Of a stretch of DNA of 64,000 nt, positions 1-12,566 are shown one piece after another (the stretch's first letter is position 1; each line of letters opens with the position of its first letter). Position numbers and translations under genes: made by a program. The stretch is from Hamiltosporidium tvaerminnensis FI-OER-3-3 (lineage: Eukaryota > Fungi > Microsporidia), in contig CM061247.1 of the NCBI GenBank assembly GCA_022605425.2, positions 1,240,001 to 1,304,000 on the forward strand, read 5' to 3'. The notes beneath the pieces were generated by a model. That model was not told the DNA's origin, did no database searches, and saw only the letters and a program-made list of their open reading frames with translations.

Positions 1-2760
1 AAAAACCTGCTAATAAATATAGTATACCTAAAACAACTGAAATCTTTTTGAAAAAGAACATGTTTATTCGGATTAGACAAAGTTACATAAAAAAATCTAT
101 AAAAAAGAAACGCAATTTTATTTTTTTTATAAAATATCTATATTGTAAATAAATCTGGGATCTAAATGTATCCAAAAATATTTTTTTAAGGCTCTTAGAA
201 GAATATTATAAGAGCATATTTTCAAAATTACAGAAGAGGGTAGTAAAACTTCATTCGATCTCAAGTAGCTTTATAGATTTTGCTTAAAGAGTAATAATAT
301 GGTTTATGTATGGGCGTCTGTTTACGCGTTATTTTTTTGGAAGCGACTTACGCTATTCCTGAATTCAAAAATAATGACGCATCGGCAACACAAAGATGGG
401 TTTCCTAGGCCAGAATCATAAACATATAGACAATATCTTAAAGATATGATATAATTCTGATTATTTTGGATATATGTTCTAAATATTTTTATAGTATAAT
501 TATAAACGAAATCTGTCAAAACATATCAAAATTTTTTCTCGAATTGTTGTTCAAAGATTTCCACGTGAAATACTGCATCACATTTTTAAAATATTCTGTT
601 GTATGAATAAACTATAGATACGCTTTTATATGTAGAAGTATCTTTGGAAAAGAACATCTACGCAAACAGAAGCAAGTTAAGCGAGCGAATTTAACAAACT
701 CACGAGATCTTGTAAAGAAATTTTTAAATTCACATATCTAAATATGAATTTCTGTACTTGATAAAGTATATATCGGATACAATATCGCATTATAAAAAAA
801 CATTTGTTTTCTATCGATGAGCATCATAAGATTATGGTACGAATTAGCCCACGAATCGCTTCAAAGTCATAGGAGGTAGAAATATATGATGGTTATGTCA
901 AAATAATTCTTGGAAGTTTTTTGCTGTAAATAGACATCGATACCGATACTTCTTATATCAGTAATCAATCGATAAAAAATGATATTTTAATACCGAGCCG
1001 TGATTTGACACCTTAATAGTACTTCGAAATCTATAAAACCAGTACGGAAAAGCTCAAACTTCAATGCAATTTTGGAGGCCGCTAGAACTAAGAAGTTATC
1101 CAAACGACAAGATATGTTAATTTCAGTAAAAAAAATTAAGTTTTTTTAAGATTATTTTATTCTTATAAAAAGCTGCGATACGAATAAAAATTCCATTAAA
1201 ACAGAATTTGAAACGCTTTTCGTATAATACTATTTAGTCTATCTTTTAGCATATCTTAATAATTGGTTTTGCGTTTAACTAAACATGAAAGCATTTGTGA
1301 AACATATTTGGCCTCAATATCCGAGTTTAATTAAGTATTATTTAAAATATAATCTTTTTTCTTATATTTTAAATTTATATTTTTTCCATCCCTTTTTTTT
1401 TAATTAATTTTACTTTTATAGTATTTTATTGTTGTTTAAAGAAATTATAGATGAAATTAACTGTACTTATTTTCTCTCGACTTTTTAAATAAACTTCAAG
1501 TAAGTAAGTAAATCTAAATAAATAAAACACAAAATAAATACTATTGCTGTAATATTGAAAAGAAAACCCTTCGGTTTATTATTTTAACACATTATTTTAA
1601 TATTTTGCACTCGTTATGATGTCTGTTTCATTAAGATTCTGAGTATGATATAAGGTTGAGAAAAATATCCACATTAGAATTTTTTACTGAGCAATGAGTG
1701 TGTACAATTCATGTGAAAATTATTGCTGCGATTGTGGTGGGATATAAACTCTACTAGTTTAGAAACGAATCTCTATATTTCCGGTTACAACCGATTAAAA
1801 GAAGCAAAAGGAAAACTTTAATTTGTTGATCAACAAAAGCGAGAAGGCGAAGGAGAACGGAATAACTAAATAAGTAGAAAATAAGCATTTTATATTAAAT
1901 GTTACCTTGATTCTGTCGGTTGCGGATTTTAGTCTTTATTGCTGTTTAAAATACAACTGTTATTTTTAGTAATTTATAAACAAAAAAATAACTTTGGTTC
2001 TCTTAGAAAAATGTATGTTGCGTTTTACCAATTTAGATTGTAATAGGTAATATACATTTTTTTTAAAAAAAGCGCGCGGAAATATAATTAATTTATAGTC
2101 TAAATATGTAATTTAATATTCATTTGATATAATGTATGTCAAATGAAATTCAACACTCAAAAAATTATAAATTTCCATATATTTTATAGAAATTTATTTC
2201 CTTTTGTGTAAATTATATGTTATAATATGGTATACCATATTGTTCTGTAGTGAGTTTCTTCTAATCTCTAGTTTTACATTTGGAGATATATCTTTTTAAA
2301 ATGTCTAAAAAATCTAGGCACCTAAAAATTATTAAATATTTTCGTACATAGATTGTTAATTGTTTTTTTTTTGCGTTTTGAAATATTATTCGGTGTGTAT
2401 ATTCATTCATTCGGCAGGAAATAAATTTGATATTTTGGAATTAAATTTTATGATTGTTCAAAAATAATAATTTCTGATTCGTTTCAAGTATCTTAGTCTA
2501 AGTCAAGGATACTTTGCAAATTATATATATTATCATGACTAATAAAATTTCTGATTTTAGAACAAAAAATCGTAAAATTATTTGGCAAAAATTACTAAAA
2601 AAATATAATGCGTTATGTATTTTAATAGTACTGTCAAGTTTATAAGAAATTATCCTAATGCTTTTGGCATATATGCTCGTTCTTTTGCTCAAAAACCTTT
2701 GTTTTAACCAAAAAATATTAGTTCTAGATATATATTTCAAAATTATTTTTATCAATGTTA

Positions 2761-3075
2761 GATGACGATTAGAAATTTACAATGTTTGGTGATGAATGCA
2801 ATTTTAACTTTTTTAATTGAGATGGTAGGGTTATGTATGAGGGAACAAACGGAAAGCTTAAATCCTAAGTATATGATCTCAATGGGTCAGGATACTGAGG
2901 GAAATGTTATGGTTTATAAAGTAAGCCATATTAAGGTGTTGGTAGATTGCATTTATTTATTCTTTTATAAAACGATTTTAAGATGTACTAATCTTGCAAA
3001 CAAATTAGAGTACATTGCTAGAAATATAGTTATAGACGATTTTATTTTATCCATATAATGAACTTAAGCATACAC
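2761..3075 (+). pseudogene. Tc1/mariner-family DDE transposase remnant
   Basis: Broken translation DDD*KFTMFGDECNFNFFN*DGRV..EQTESLNPKYM..GNVMV..GVGRL..NLANKL..DDFI..NELKHT follows the Tc1 catalytic core (W..V..SDESKF..SDG..GGSVMVWG..QQDNDPKHT); stops and frameshifts; no TIRs seen. Confidence 0.7.
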
Positions 3076-4299
3076 CGAGGATTGCTGTGTCATATTCTGA
3101 TGCTGTAATGTGAAATATATCATAGATCATCCGTATTACTAGTTTTAAATCCAATGGTGTATTTTCGAGCTTCTATAGAAAAATAATCTTATGGTTTTAC
3201 TTTTAAAAATAGGAATCAGGTAAAATATAAATTAATCCTAATTTAAAGTAAATCCAATTGCTTTTGTGCAAAAACAAGTTATCTCTTTAGTAAAAAAAAC
3301 AAGTTTATTTTGTCTTCATTGCCCATGAATGGCATAATATATATAAAATTTAAGCGTTCGGTTTTTTAGGATTATACTTTGGTAAATTTAATCTTTTGGT
3401 TTTATATAGAAAATATTGTATAAAATAACCCTAGATATGTGTTTTAAATCTACTCTTACTATACTTATTAAAACAATTACAATTACGAGGTTCTACGTAT
3501 GAATTTTTTTATTTAAACAAGGGTTTCGGGTTTTTTTTAGCCTTCTCTATATCTTTTGGTTATAAAGTTAAATCTGAAATTTTCTTTGTAAAAAGTATTT
3601 GGAAGAGTTTTTTAAGATATGTCACCTTCAAAAATATAGATTGACACAAATAGTCAAGGTATAATTTAAATTGCGAGTATCTTTGGGCCTAGGCATTTCT
3701 TATTCATTATTCGCCATATAACAAGCTAATATTTGCAAAGGATTTTTTTTATTTTAGATGAGAGTGATTTTGTTCCTATATATTAAGATGAAAGCATTAT
3801 TTGTGTTAGGTTTGGTTTGTTGATATTGGAATGCAATTTACCATTTTATAGTGGTTTAATTATTCTAAAACTTAATTTTTGAGCAATAGTCTTGATTAAT
3901 ATAGAAAAAAAATCTTCCAGAAAGAGAACACTAATCCTACAGGTTTGAAAGTTTTTTAGAAACTATAAAATGGTCTGTGGTTGATAAGTATACTATGTGT
4001 TTATTATAAAATTTAATATTTTTTACATGTTGCAAAAAAAATCGAAAACGATTTAACATTATAGGTCAAAATTAAACTTTGCTTGTAACTGTTAGAATGA
4101 GGAATGTAAATACTATTCAAATTAAAATAATCTTTAAATCAACAAAGAATCTATTATTATATATCAAATATATTAGTACTTTATACTATCTTTGTTTTTT
4201 CAAACTTAAAAAATTCAATTTATTGAAATATTAAATCTAGGTCATGAATATTCACTATGTAATCGGTAAAATAAACCCAGAAAAATATCTATTTTATAG

Positions 4300-6480
4300 A
4301 CTTCAGCGACAGAAAAAGGAATAATTCGAATTTTTACTCTGTTCTAAAGAACTTCAATTAAGTTATAACAAAGAATCAGTCCTACAGCCATATATGTAAC
4401 GAAACCAACGAAAATCGCCTAATTTTGATAAACATACGACGTGTCATTTTTTAATTCACTATTTGATATATCGGGATAATTTGAGTTTCGTGTCCCAGTA
4501 AACAATATTACATAGCCTGAACGATTCATAAGAGCTTCCCGGATATTAATCTATCTAAAATGATTTGAAATATATACTAAAATCGAATTCTATAAGGTTT
4601 AATTAAGATTTGACCTCGATAAATTGCTATTTCTTCATTTGTCAGATTTGACTTTCCGAGAATCATATTTCGTTAACAGATCTTTTTTACGAAAACATTT
4701 TTGCTGTATTTTAAGTAAATCAAAAGGTTTTTACAGGAATATATTCCTGTAAAAACCTTTTATAATATTTGTTTAACATTCAACGGATTTTAATATGTTT
4801 ATCCTTTGCCATTAACCACCAGAAAAAAACTTCTCGGTGTTCGATTTTTAAAGATTTATTCTGTATGCAGAGCTTCAAAATATTGCTGCTATTCAAAAAT
4901 TATAAAACTGCTAAAGACTTGTTATTCCTCAATTAGGACCAAGAAACATTGTTTATCTTTACTTTCAAGAGGAATTTTCACTGAATTTGAAATAAAATTA
5001 TATCACTGAAATATTTATTTTTGGTTTTCAAAATTAAATTTATATATTTTTTCTACATATAAAGATTCAAAATATATATAAACTTTCAGCATGAATTTTT
5101 TGATAGTCGCTAGATGCTTGTGCGACATCTTCAAGAAAAGAATTCTACTTGCCTATTCATAATTAGAATTTTTGGTTAATCGTTTCATAGAAAAGAAGTC
5201 AATTCCAAAAGTTAAGCAAAGCAATATTACAAAAAAAATCTTACACATTCGATTCTATTCTTTTATCTTTATCAGTTGGCATCACTAAAGATATCATTCG
5301 TAGTTTCTGAAAATTAACAATTTCGTGATTCATTTTATAAATAAAAGCTCGTGTTTTATAAGAGAAAAAAATATTATTTACTAGGGATCATTTTGCCAAT
5401 CGCTAAGGCAAGAAAAATGAGGAATGATTTAAATACTCTAGCAAAATTTGGCAGTGGGTTTTTTTGAGCCGTAGAACGCTAACTTTAAAATTATGTATTT
5501 ATTTTCCTAGCTTTGTTAGTTGTAGCTTTTAAACATAATGTAGCACAATCGTAAATAATAACCTCGTTGCTATCATTCCTTTATAAATAATGAAGATTAA
5601 TATTAAATAAATATTTCACTCAAACAGTGTGGATTTAAGATTAAATAGGACAGAATTTTGCTGTTCAAATATTGCAGAGTACGGATTTCTATCATATTTT
5701 AGGATTACGTTATCTAAAAAAACTAATATTCCATAACATAAAAATATCAATTGAAGATGCTTTGATATTAAATGACAGTAAAAAATCGATTTGTGAAATA
5801 AAATTTCCTGTGAAAAGATATCAATTTGAAAAAATTTATAGTTTAATCAGTTCGTGGAAAGTCTTGATACTTTGAAGATTTATGTTAATACGGCTAAAAA
5901 AACACAATGGCTTATCATTTATCTATCTGATTTAAAAAAATTATAAAACCTATTGATCTTATAATGCATTGTTTATATTCTTTTGTGAATTTTGACTTCT
6001 ATTGAATGATGTCATCCAGTTAAAACTTAAAATATTAAAAATATCTGAAACCGATGTTTAGAGATCCATTTTTTTGACATTCAAATTATGAAACCTATGA
6101 ATATCTTTTTGGGAAAGGAAATCGCAAAAAGATTCATTTTGATCATTCACGATTGTTCATTTGAAGAGACATCTTTTAAAAACTCATTTCCTTCAGTTTA
6201 TCAATATTTTTTTAGTCTCATGGAATTAATAGAAATAAATATTACAATCGAGGTATTGCATTCTTGAAAGAACTTACACGCCTAAAAAATTATATTTTTA
6301 TAATTTTAGCTGCGTCAAACAATCGTTTGTTTACATATCAAGAATAAACTTTTGGCACTTAACTGGTTATATATGTGTTGGGGATCAAAACATTTCGAAT
6401 TTTAAAGAGATTTCTCATTTAATATATAAAGAAAATCCAAAAGATGTTTTTGCGAAAGCTAAATATATTTAGACTATTTT
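4300..6480 (+). pseudogene. Probable decayed paralogue of the LRR-like gene family
   Basis: Short frames such as LRYLKKLIFHNIKIS and KLKILKISET recall the LxxLxL repeats of the 810-aa ORF; heavily fragmented, boundaries approximate. Confidence 0.3.
4722..4761. repeat. Perfect 40-bp spacerless palindrome
   Basis: AAAAGGTTTTTACAGGAATA|TATTCCTGTAAAAACCTTTT. Confidence 0.95.
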
Positions 6481-8351
6481 TTACACGATTATTGAATTTT
6501 TGTTACAATAATTTGCTGATTGTTTTAATATGAAAAAAGTTTTATTTTAAATTTCTATAGAATTTTTTATATTATTTTGGTCTAAAATAAAGTCAAATAT
6601 TTTTTAATAGAATCAGTCAATACGTTGATATTTGTAGTACGTTTATTTTATAATTAAAATAAATTTTCGTTAAATAATGAATATTAATAGATTACTGCTC
6701 TAAGCTAAAACTGTGATATCTTATAAGCCTTTCCTTCGAAATGATATATAATTCCAGTTTTTTCCTAAGAACATTATAGTTCATCGAAATGCGAGCATTT
6801 TTCATATATAGCTATCTTTCTAATAAATTATTTACTGATTTTTAGTTAAATCAATTTTCTTTTAAATATTTAAAAAAAAGTTTGGTATTTTTATTAAGAT
6901 CTTATGGCTTACCTAATAACCACTATAACAGTCAATTAATTTCAGTAATCTACTTTGGTATTTGAAGTGAACAAATTTTGACTTTTTCAGAAAAAATTTC
7001 GATTCATATGGGTTCTTGGTATTCGGAGACCTATTTTTCTGAAGCTTTATGCAACTTAACATTGTAGTATCACAAATTAAATTCTAGATTTCGACATGAT
7101 AAAACCAAAATTTCAAATCTCTAGAAAGAATTGGCGTTAATAAGCAAGATAAACATGAAAAAAATATAAATACTATCGGTTCATGAATTTTATGATTACG
7201 TATATAGAAAGAGTTTTTATACAAAAATAAAGTTAGATGTTTAATCACATTATAATATTTGTTACGGATATTATACCGATTTTTTTCTACTATATCGTAT
7301 ATTTCAAAACCTTGCTTTTTAATTATAATTCAAAATGCAATTTATCTAACTATATTTTCTTTTATAAACCGAAATATTACCTAAAAGAAATTTAGTTATC
7401 AAGCATGTAAATCAGAAAGAGACTTGTATTATTTCTATAATTCCCTCTGTTTTTTAATTAGAATTTATGGTGTAAAACTGTTTGTAAAAATTTTAAGCGT
7501 AATCTAATAGATTCATGAATGATTTTATAGTATGTCAATGATCAAATATTCTCTGAATTAATTTAAACTTTAATTATTTTTTCAATGCCCACATAATTTA
7601 ATTTTATGAGATAAATATCTCTGTAAAATAATTCTTTTTAGAAGCTTTTTTTGAATTTCTATTTTTGACAGGTTGTGATTTCGATATAGTTAGATTACGA
7701 TATAATCAATAAAAATTTTATCGCAAACTCTATTTTTTTCATTGATATAAAATTATTTAAAATTACTGCTTTGCTTATTCAGTTATGTAAAACGAAAAAA
7801 AGGAACAGTGAAAATTTTTGGCTAAATATTGATTAAACTCAGACAATTGTCTGAGCGCGAGAAATTTGTGTGTTTATGATGTTTTGGTATATAAAGATTT
7901 TTCAACCCGAGCTTATAGGTATCGGAACTTATTCTTCACTTTGTTTGAGACCATAATATCGCTTCCTCTATTGATTCATCACCATTTGGGCTGGCCAACG
8001 GCATAACAAATTTCAGTACTGCTGTATTTCCAGAAAGAAACCTAAAATATATTGCATTCTATACTAGACTTCTTCACAGTCAAAGGAATAAATAGTCTAG
8101 ATCTGCTCTTCTATGAGTACGAAACAGGTTTAGTGAAATTCTAGAAACAACGGGTGCAATATATACAGGGGATATATGAAAATTTGGCGGCACTATTAAT
8201 TTCGATGCGTTAAAATTACCCATAATGAAGCAGAAAAGAAAAAAACATAATAAGAGAATGATGAGCGGAATTAATAGCATGTCATCTAACTAAATCATGT
8301 TTATAACTTACAAGTCCCCCCCCGAATCGACTTAATAAAGAATTAACCGTA

Positions 8352-8480
8352 TAAAATTATTGTTTCGGGAAGACGAGATCGGGGAGTCGAATTTCGAAGT
8401 CGCAAGTTCTCAAAGGAATTGATTACCCGAATATTTCCTAACCCCATATGTTGAATAGCTTGTGTATGTGCAGAATAAAG
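8352..8480 (+). pseudogene. Possible Merlin/ISXO2-like transposase trace
   Basis: EIGESNF-(shift)-SRKFSK resembles the Merlin motif EIDESKFGKRKY; very short and degenerate. Confidence 0.25.
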
Positions 8481-9698
8481 TGTGTAGGGTGATTTGCAAG
8501 GCTTTGCATATCCTAAAACAGCACTGACATCTTTTGACGAATAGACACACAAAAAAGTCAAGATCAGCGTAGAAAAAACACAGTTAATAAAATCACTGTT
8601 TTAGAGAAGAAAAACGGTAGGCAGAAGAAAATCTCAGCTTTGCAAACGTCATAGATCATAAATTTTGTGAGAGCTGTTGCATCTAAGCCTTTGATTGAAA
8701 ATAATCTTTCCATATCTATGGGTAACGAAGAACGAATTTCTGAATTTTTACATAAAAAATTAGAAGTATTAAAGTAGAAAGCTGTTACGAAAAGATATGC
8801 GTATCTTCGAGTTGTTCTGAGATGTTTATATTGTGGGTAATCTGTGTATTTTAACTCTGAGAATGTGGCTATTCGTAGTGAAATCCCAGTTTTTTTATAC
8901 TAAAATATAGACATCGGGATATACGTGTCATGAATATGCGTATTCGAGTCAGTTTTTCGAGTTTTTTTTAAAATATCCTTCTTTGGTTCATAGAGTGCTC
9001 ACTTAAAAATTTTTTTCCTAACTGTTAGGCTATAGGTTGGATGATATTTGTAATTTCATAAAAAACTTATGAAGCTAGAAATATTTCTATGATTTTGTAA
9101 AAGTATATTCTCATGAATTTAACTTTAAGCTGGTTGGTTTTGAATTTTACATAAAATAAGCTTCAATTACAGACCAAACGCCTGTATATACAACCTAAAT
9201 GAATGAACGACAAAAATTTCTAACATTTTGTTCAATTTGAGATGGAAAATCGAAGGTTGCTGGCTGAAAGAACATTAAGAGCGATAAAGCGCTAAGGCTT
9301 TGGTTAACCTTACCTGGACTTAGACACAGCTAACAGATTCATAGACAACTTTGATTGTTTTCAAAATTACATATTATTCAACCGAAGTGCTTATTTGACT
9401 CAATAATCTAATAAATTATTTAATCTATTGAAAACGAAATTTATTTGAATAATTCTATAACGATTTTGCATTTATATATCAGTGAAGCCTCAAACCCATG
9501 AAAGAGAATGTTTAAAGAGATATACCGCAACGAGATAGTTTGGAACATTTTTTCGTGTTCTATATAGTTTTTTTGGCTCAGAAGATCAATGAAAAATGAA
9601 CAAAAATGACCTGGTTGATTATGTAATTCTCATTCTACCGATCTTTTTTCGATCAGTATCCCAACAATTCCATAACTAAATTAAATGAAAAATAAAAA

Positions 9699-10786
9699 TT
9701 ATTTAATTAAAATCTAGGTTAGTAAATTTTGTCTCTTTCATATATTATTTTTCCTTTTTTACCACTCCTATCTTTTCCTTTTAATCCGACACTTCGTTTT
9801 ATTTATTGTCGGTTCCTTCACGGGGGTTACGCCATCTTAATTAAGGGTATAATATTAATTGTATTTTCCGCTTTTACACTATCTTCCTCCTTGTCTACTT
9901 GCTTTAAAGAGGATGTGGGTTGTTTATACATCTCAGCTCCTAAAATAACACTGAGTGATGCTCTCCCTGCTCTCTTCTGCATTTATCCAGACTCAAGTCC
10001 TCTTTGTCGATCAAAAGAAATTGTTTGGACCGTCTTCTTGAGTACTATAAGTTGTATATATACCTCTAAATTTATGGGTATTTGTAGTCTTTTAATATAC
10101 ATATTATGGTATTTTGTCACAATACCGTCTCAGGTCCACCACATAAGGGATTATCTCCACACAACTTATAAAAAATACCCAATCCATTCGCTAATAAGTC
10201 ATAATTCCTAAGTTTTTAAGTTTGAACTATTTGAAGTGAATCCTGGGAAGTAAATCCTATTTCACTGGGTGTCATCTTGTTTGTTCTCTTATCTAAAATA
10301 CGTATATCGGGTCTTTTACACCGAGTTTTGACTTCAGTTTTTATTCTAAAGTCCACTCTAATCTCTACATACTTATTATAAAGAATTTCTTGAACTGAGT
10401 GACTCTTTATTCGTTTTGAAGACTTAAAATGATATCTTTTTGGTAGGCATAGGTGTAAATATCGTGCCGTTTCATGAAGTCGTCTAGTATAGTCATTATC
10501 AAGCATTTTCTCACATCAAGTTACTGGATGGTTTATTGTTTTCCTAGACTTATTGCAGTGTTGACACACACTTTCTGCTCCCCAGAATACATTTCCACCT
10601 TGAATATAACATAAAACTGCTTCATCGCGTGGCCTTATATTCCCTTTCTTTAGCCATCTTCAAGAGTCACTAACACTCAAAGCCCATTTTTTCTTGTATT
10701 ATATAACCTTGAATGATGTTTTCTTTTTCAATTTCGTCATATAATTTTGCAACGACTAGAGATTCTTCTGATTTTTTTTAGTGATT
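9699..10786 (-). mobile_element. Degenerate 5'-truncated R4-like LINE (zinc knuckle/RLE/C-terminal part)
   Basis: Minus-strand frames HFKSSKRIKSHSVQEIL..RPDIRILDK..EIGFTSQDSLQIV match the LINEs at 40 and 54 kb; eroded 3' tail at ~9699-9720. Confidence 0.9.
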
Positions 10787-12566
10787 TCTCCCCCCACCCT
10801 ATATTTTTGAATAAAAAAAAAATTATTTTTTAAGCTAAACTCTCTTTAATGAAGGTTTCGGTTTTTTTTGTTTATATTCATGTTTTGGATAGAAAATATA
10901 TTGTTTTTTAAAGTCTGAAATTTCTATAAAATAAAATAGATGATGACTAATATGGAATTTGAAGGCTCGGCAAACTTCATAATTACTGGAAATTATGCTT
11001 CTGCCTGGAATAATAATCAGAAAAGATGGTTTTTGGAATAGCGAGCGATGCATATATCGAAAACAGTAATATATAACGATAGATTAGACAAAATCCCGAA
11101 TTAATTATAAGCGGATAAGAATAAGATAAGGCATCTGATTTTTTGCCTCCGTACATGATCTGCGATCATATTAGCATAAAAGCTATGCATGGGTTGATTA
11201 AAAGAAAATAGAGAAGATTTAGGTGAGAACAAAGTTAAATGTTCTTTAAAAAATACCGGGATTTCAAATTAACAGTTTTTGAAGTCTTATGATGAGATTC
11301 TGACAGCAGGTGCAATTTTATTCATGAGATCTATTCTGATTAATCTTATTTATACGGGAAATATTCAAGTGATAATGACGCCTTTGCATGAATCTTACAC
11401 ACTCAGATATTCAAACCAATTTCTAATCTATGATAACTTTACAGGCAAAGTCGGTTGCCGGTGTTTCTAACACCATTAGAAAATCTTAGTATTCTCTAAG
11501 GGGTATAGTATATTACAAACAAATAATGAAAAAGCATTGTGTAGAAGCGCATAGAACCAATATAGTTCGAATACAAATTTTTCTTTTTCAAAAAAAGCAA
11601 GGCACTAACAAAACCAAGGTCGATTTGAGATATACAGTATGGCAATAATTCGAAAGCTTGCTATACATCTAAGAACATCTAGTTGAAATGTTGGATTTGG
11701 TTATCTAAAAAAACTTATTTTACTAAAATAAATTACATAAAGATCAATAAAAACTCGGCCTGTAGATGCTAAATCTTGTATAGGTAACAATGCTGTTAAA
11801 AGCGAAGGTGCGAATTTATTATGAATATTCTTCGAGCTCTGAATTAAAGAAATATCTCTAAAATACGAATCAAAACTCTCGAATCGATTTGATATATATC
11901 AAGGAGATATTTGCATGGGATATCTAATGGTTTTAATATTCATGCATTGGCCTCACATAGGATGCGAGAAAAATATATGGCTTTTATGAAAAAGCATACA
12001 GACCTACATTCTTTCCAATAAAATTTACTTCTAGTGATGTAATGCTGCCAAGAAGATAATTTGATATCCATTTAAAGGCGAAAAACAGCAATTTTTTTGG
12101 TTTTTTGGTAAAAGGCTGGCAAGTCATTACCCGAGTGATACTTTTTGTTTGATTGCGAGGAACAGAAAATTATTTGCAAAAATCGTATTAAGAGGTATCA
12201 TTATAATGAATTTTTTCATCTGGATAGCCACATGAACCAATAAAATCTTATTTCACATTATACACTTATATATTCCCTCAAGATAGTATGTCATAAATTT
12301 TTTTATTTTAATTTCTAATGATTGTCTTTTTGTTTTTCTTCTTATTTTACCAAATAAAAAAATTAGCAAAGAAGGAAAATTTTGAAAGAAATAATAGCTT
12401 AAGAAAGGAATTAGAGGAATAAAAAGATTTAGATGAATAAAATTGATCTAATATACCATTATTTAGCTTTATATGTGAATATTACATTTGTTTGTGAGAT
12501 GGGTTGGACATTTATTCAATTTCTGTATAAGGAAAATAATATTATATTATTTTTATACCCTTAGAT

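Noticed and set aside
9306-9317. CTTACCTGG like the U1 snRNA 5' end
   Set aside because: No U1 stem-loops or Sm site follow
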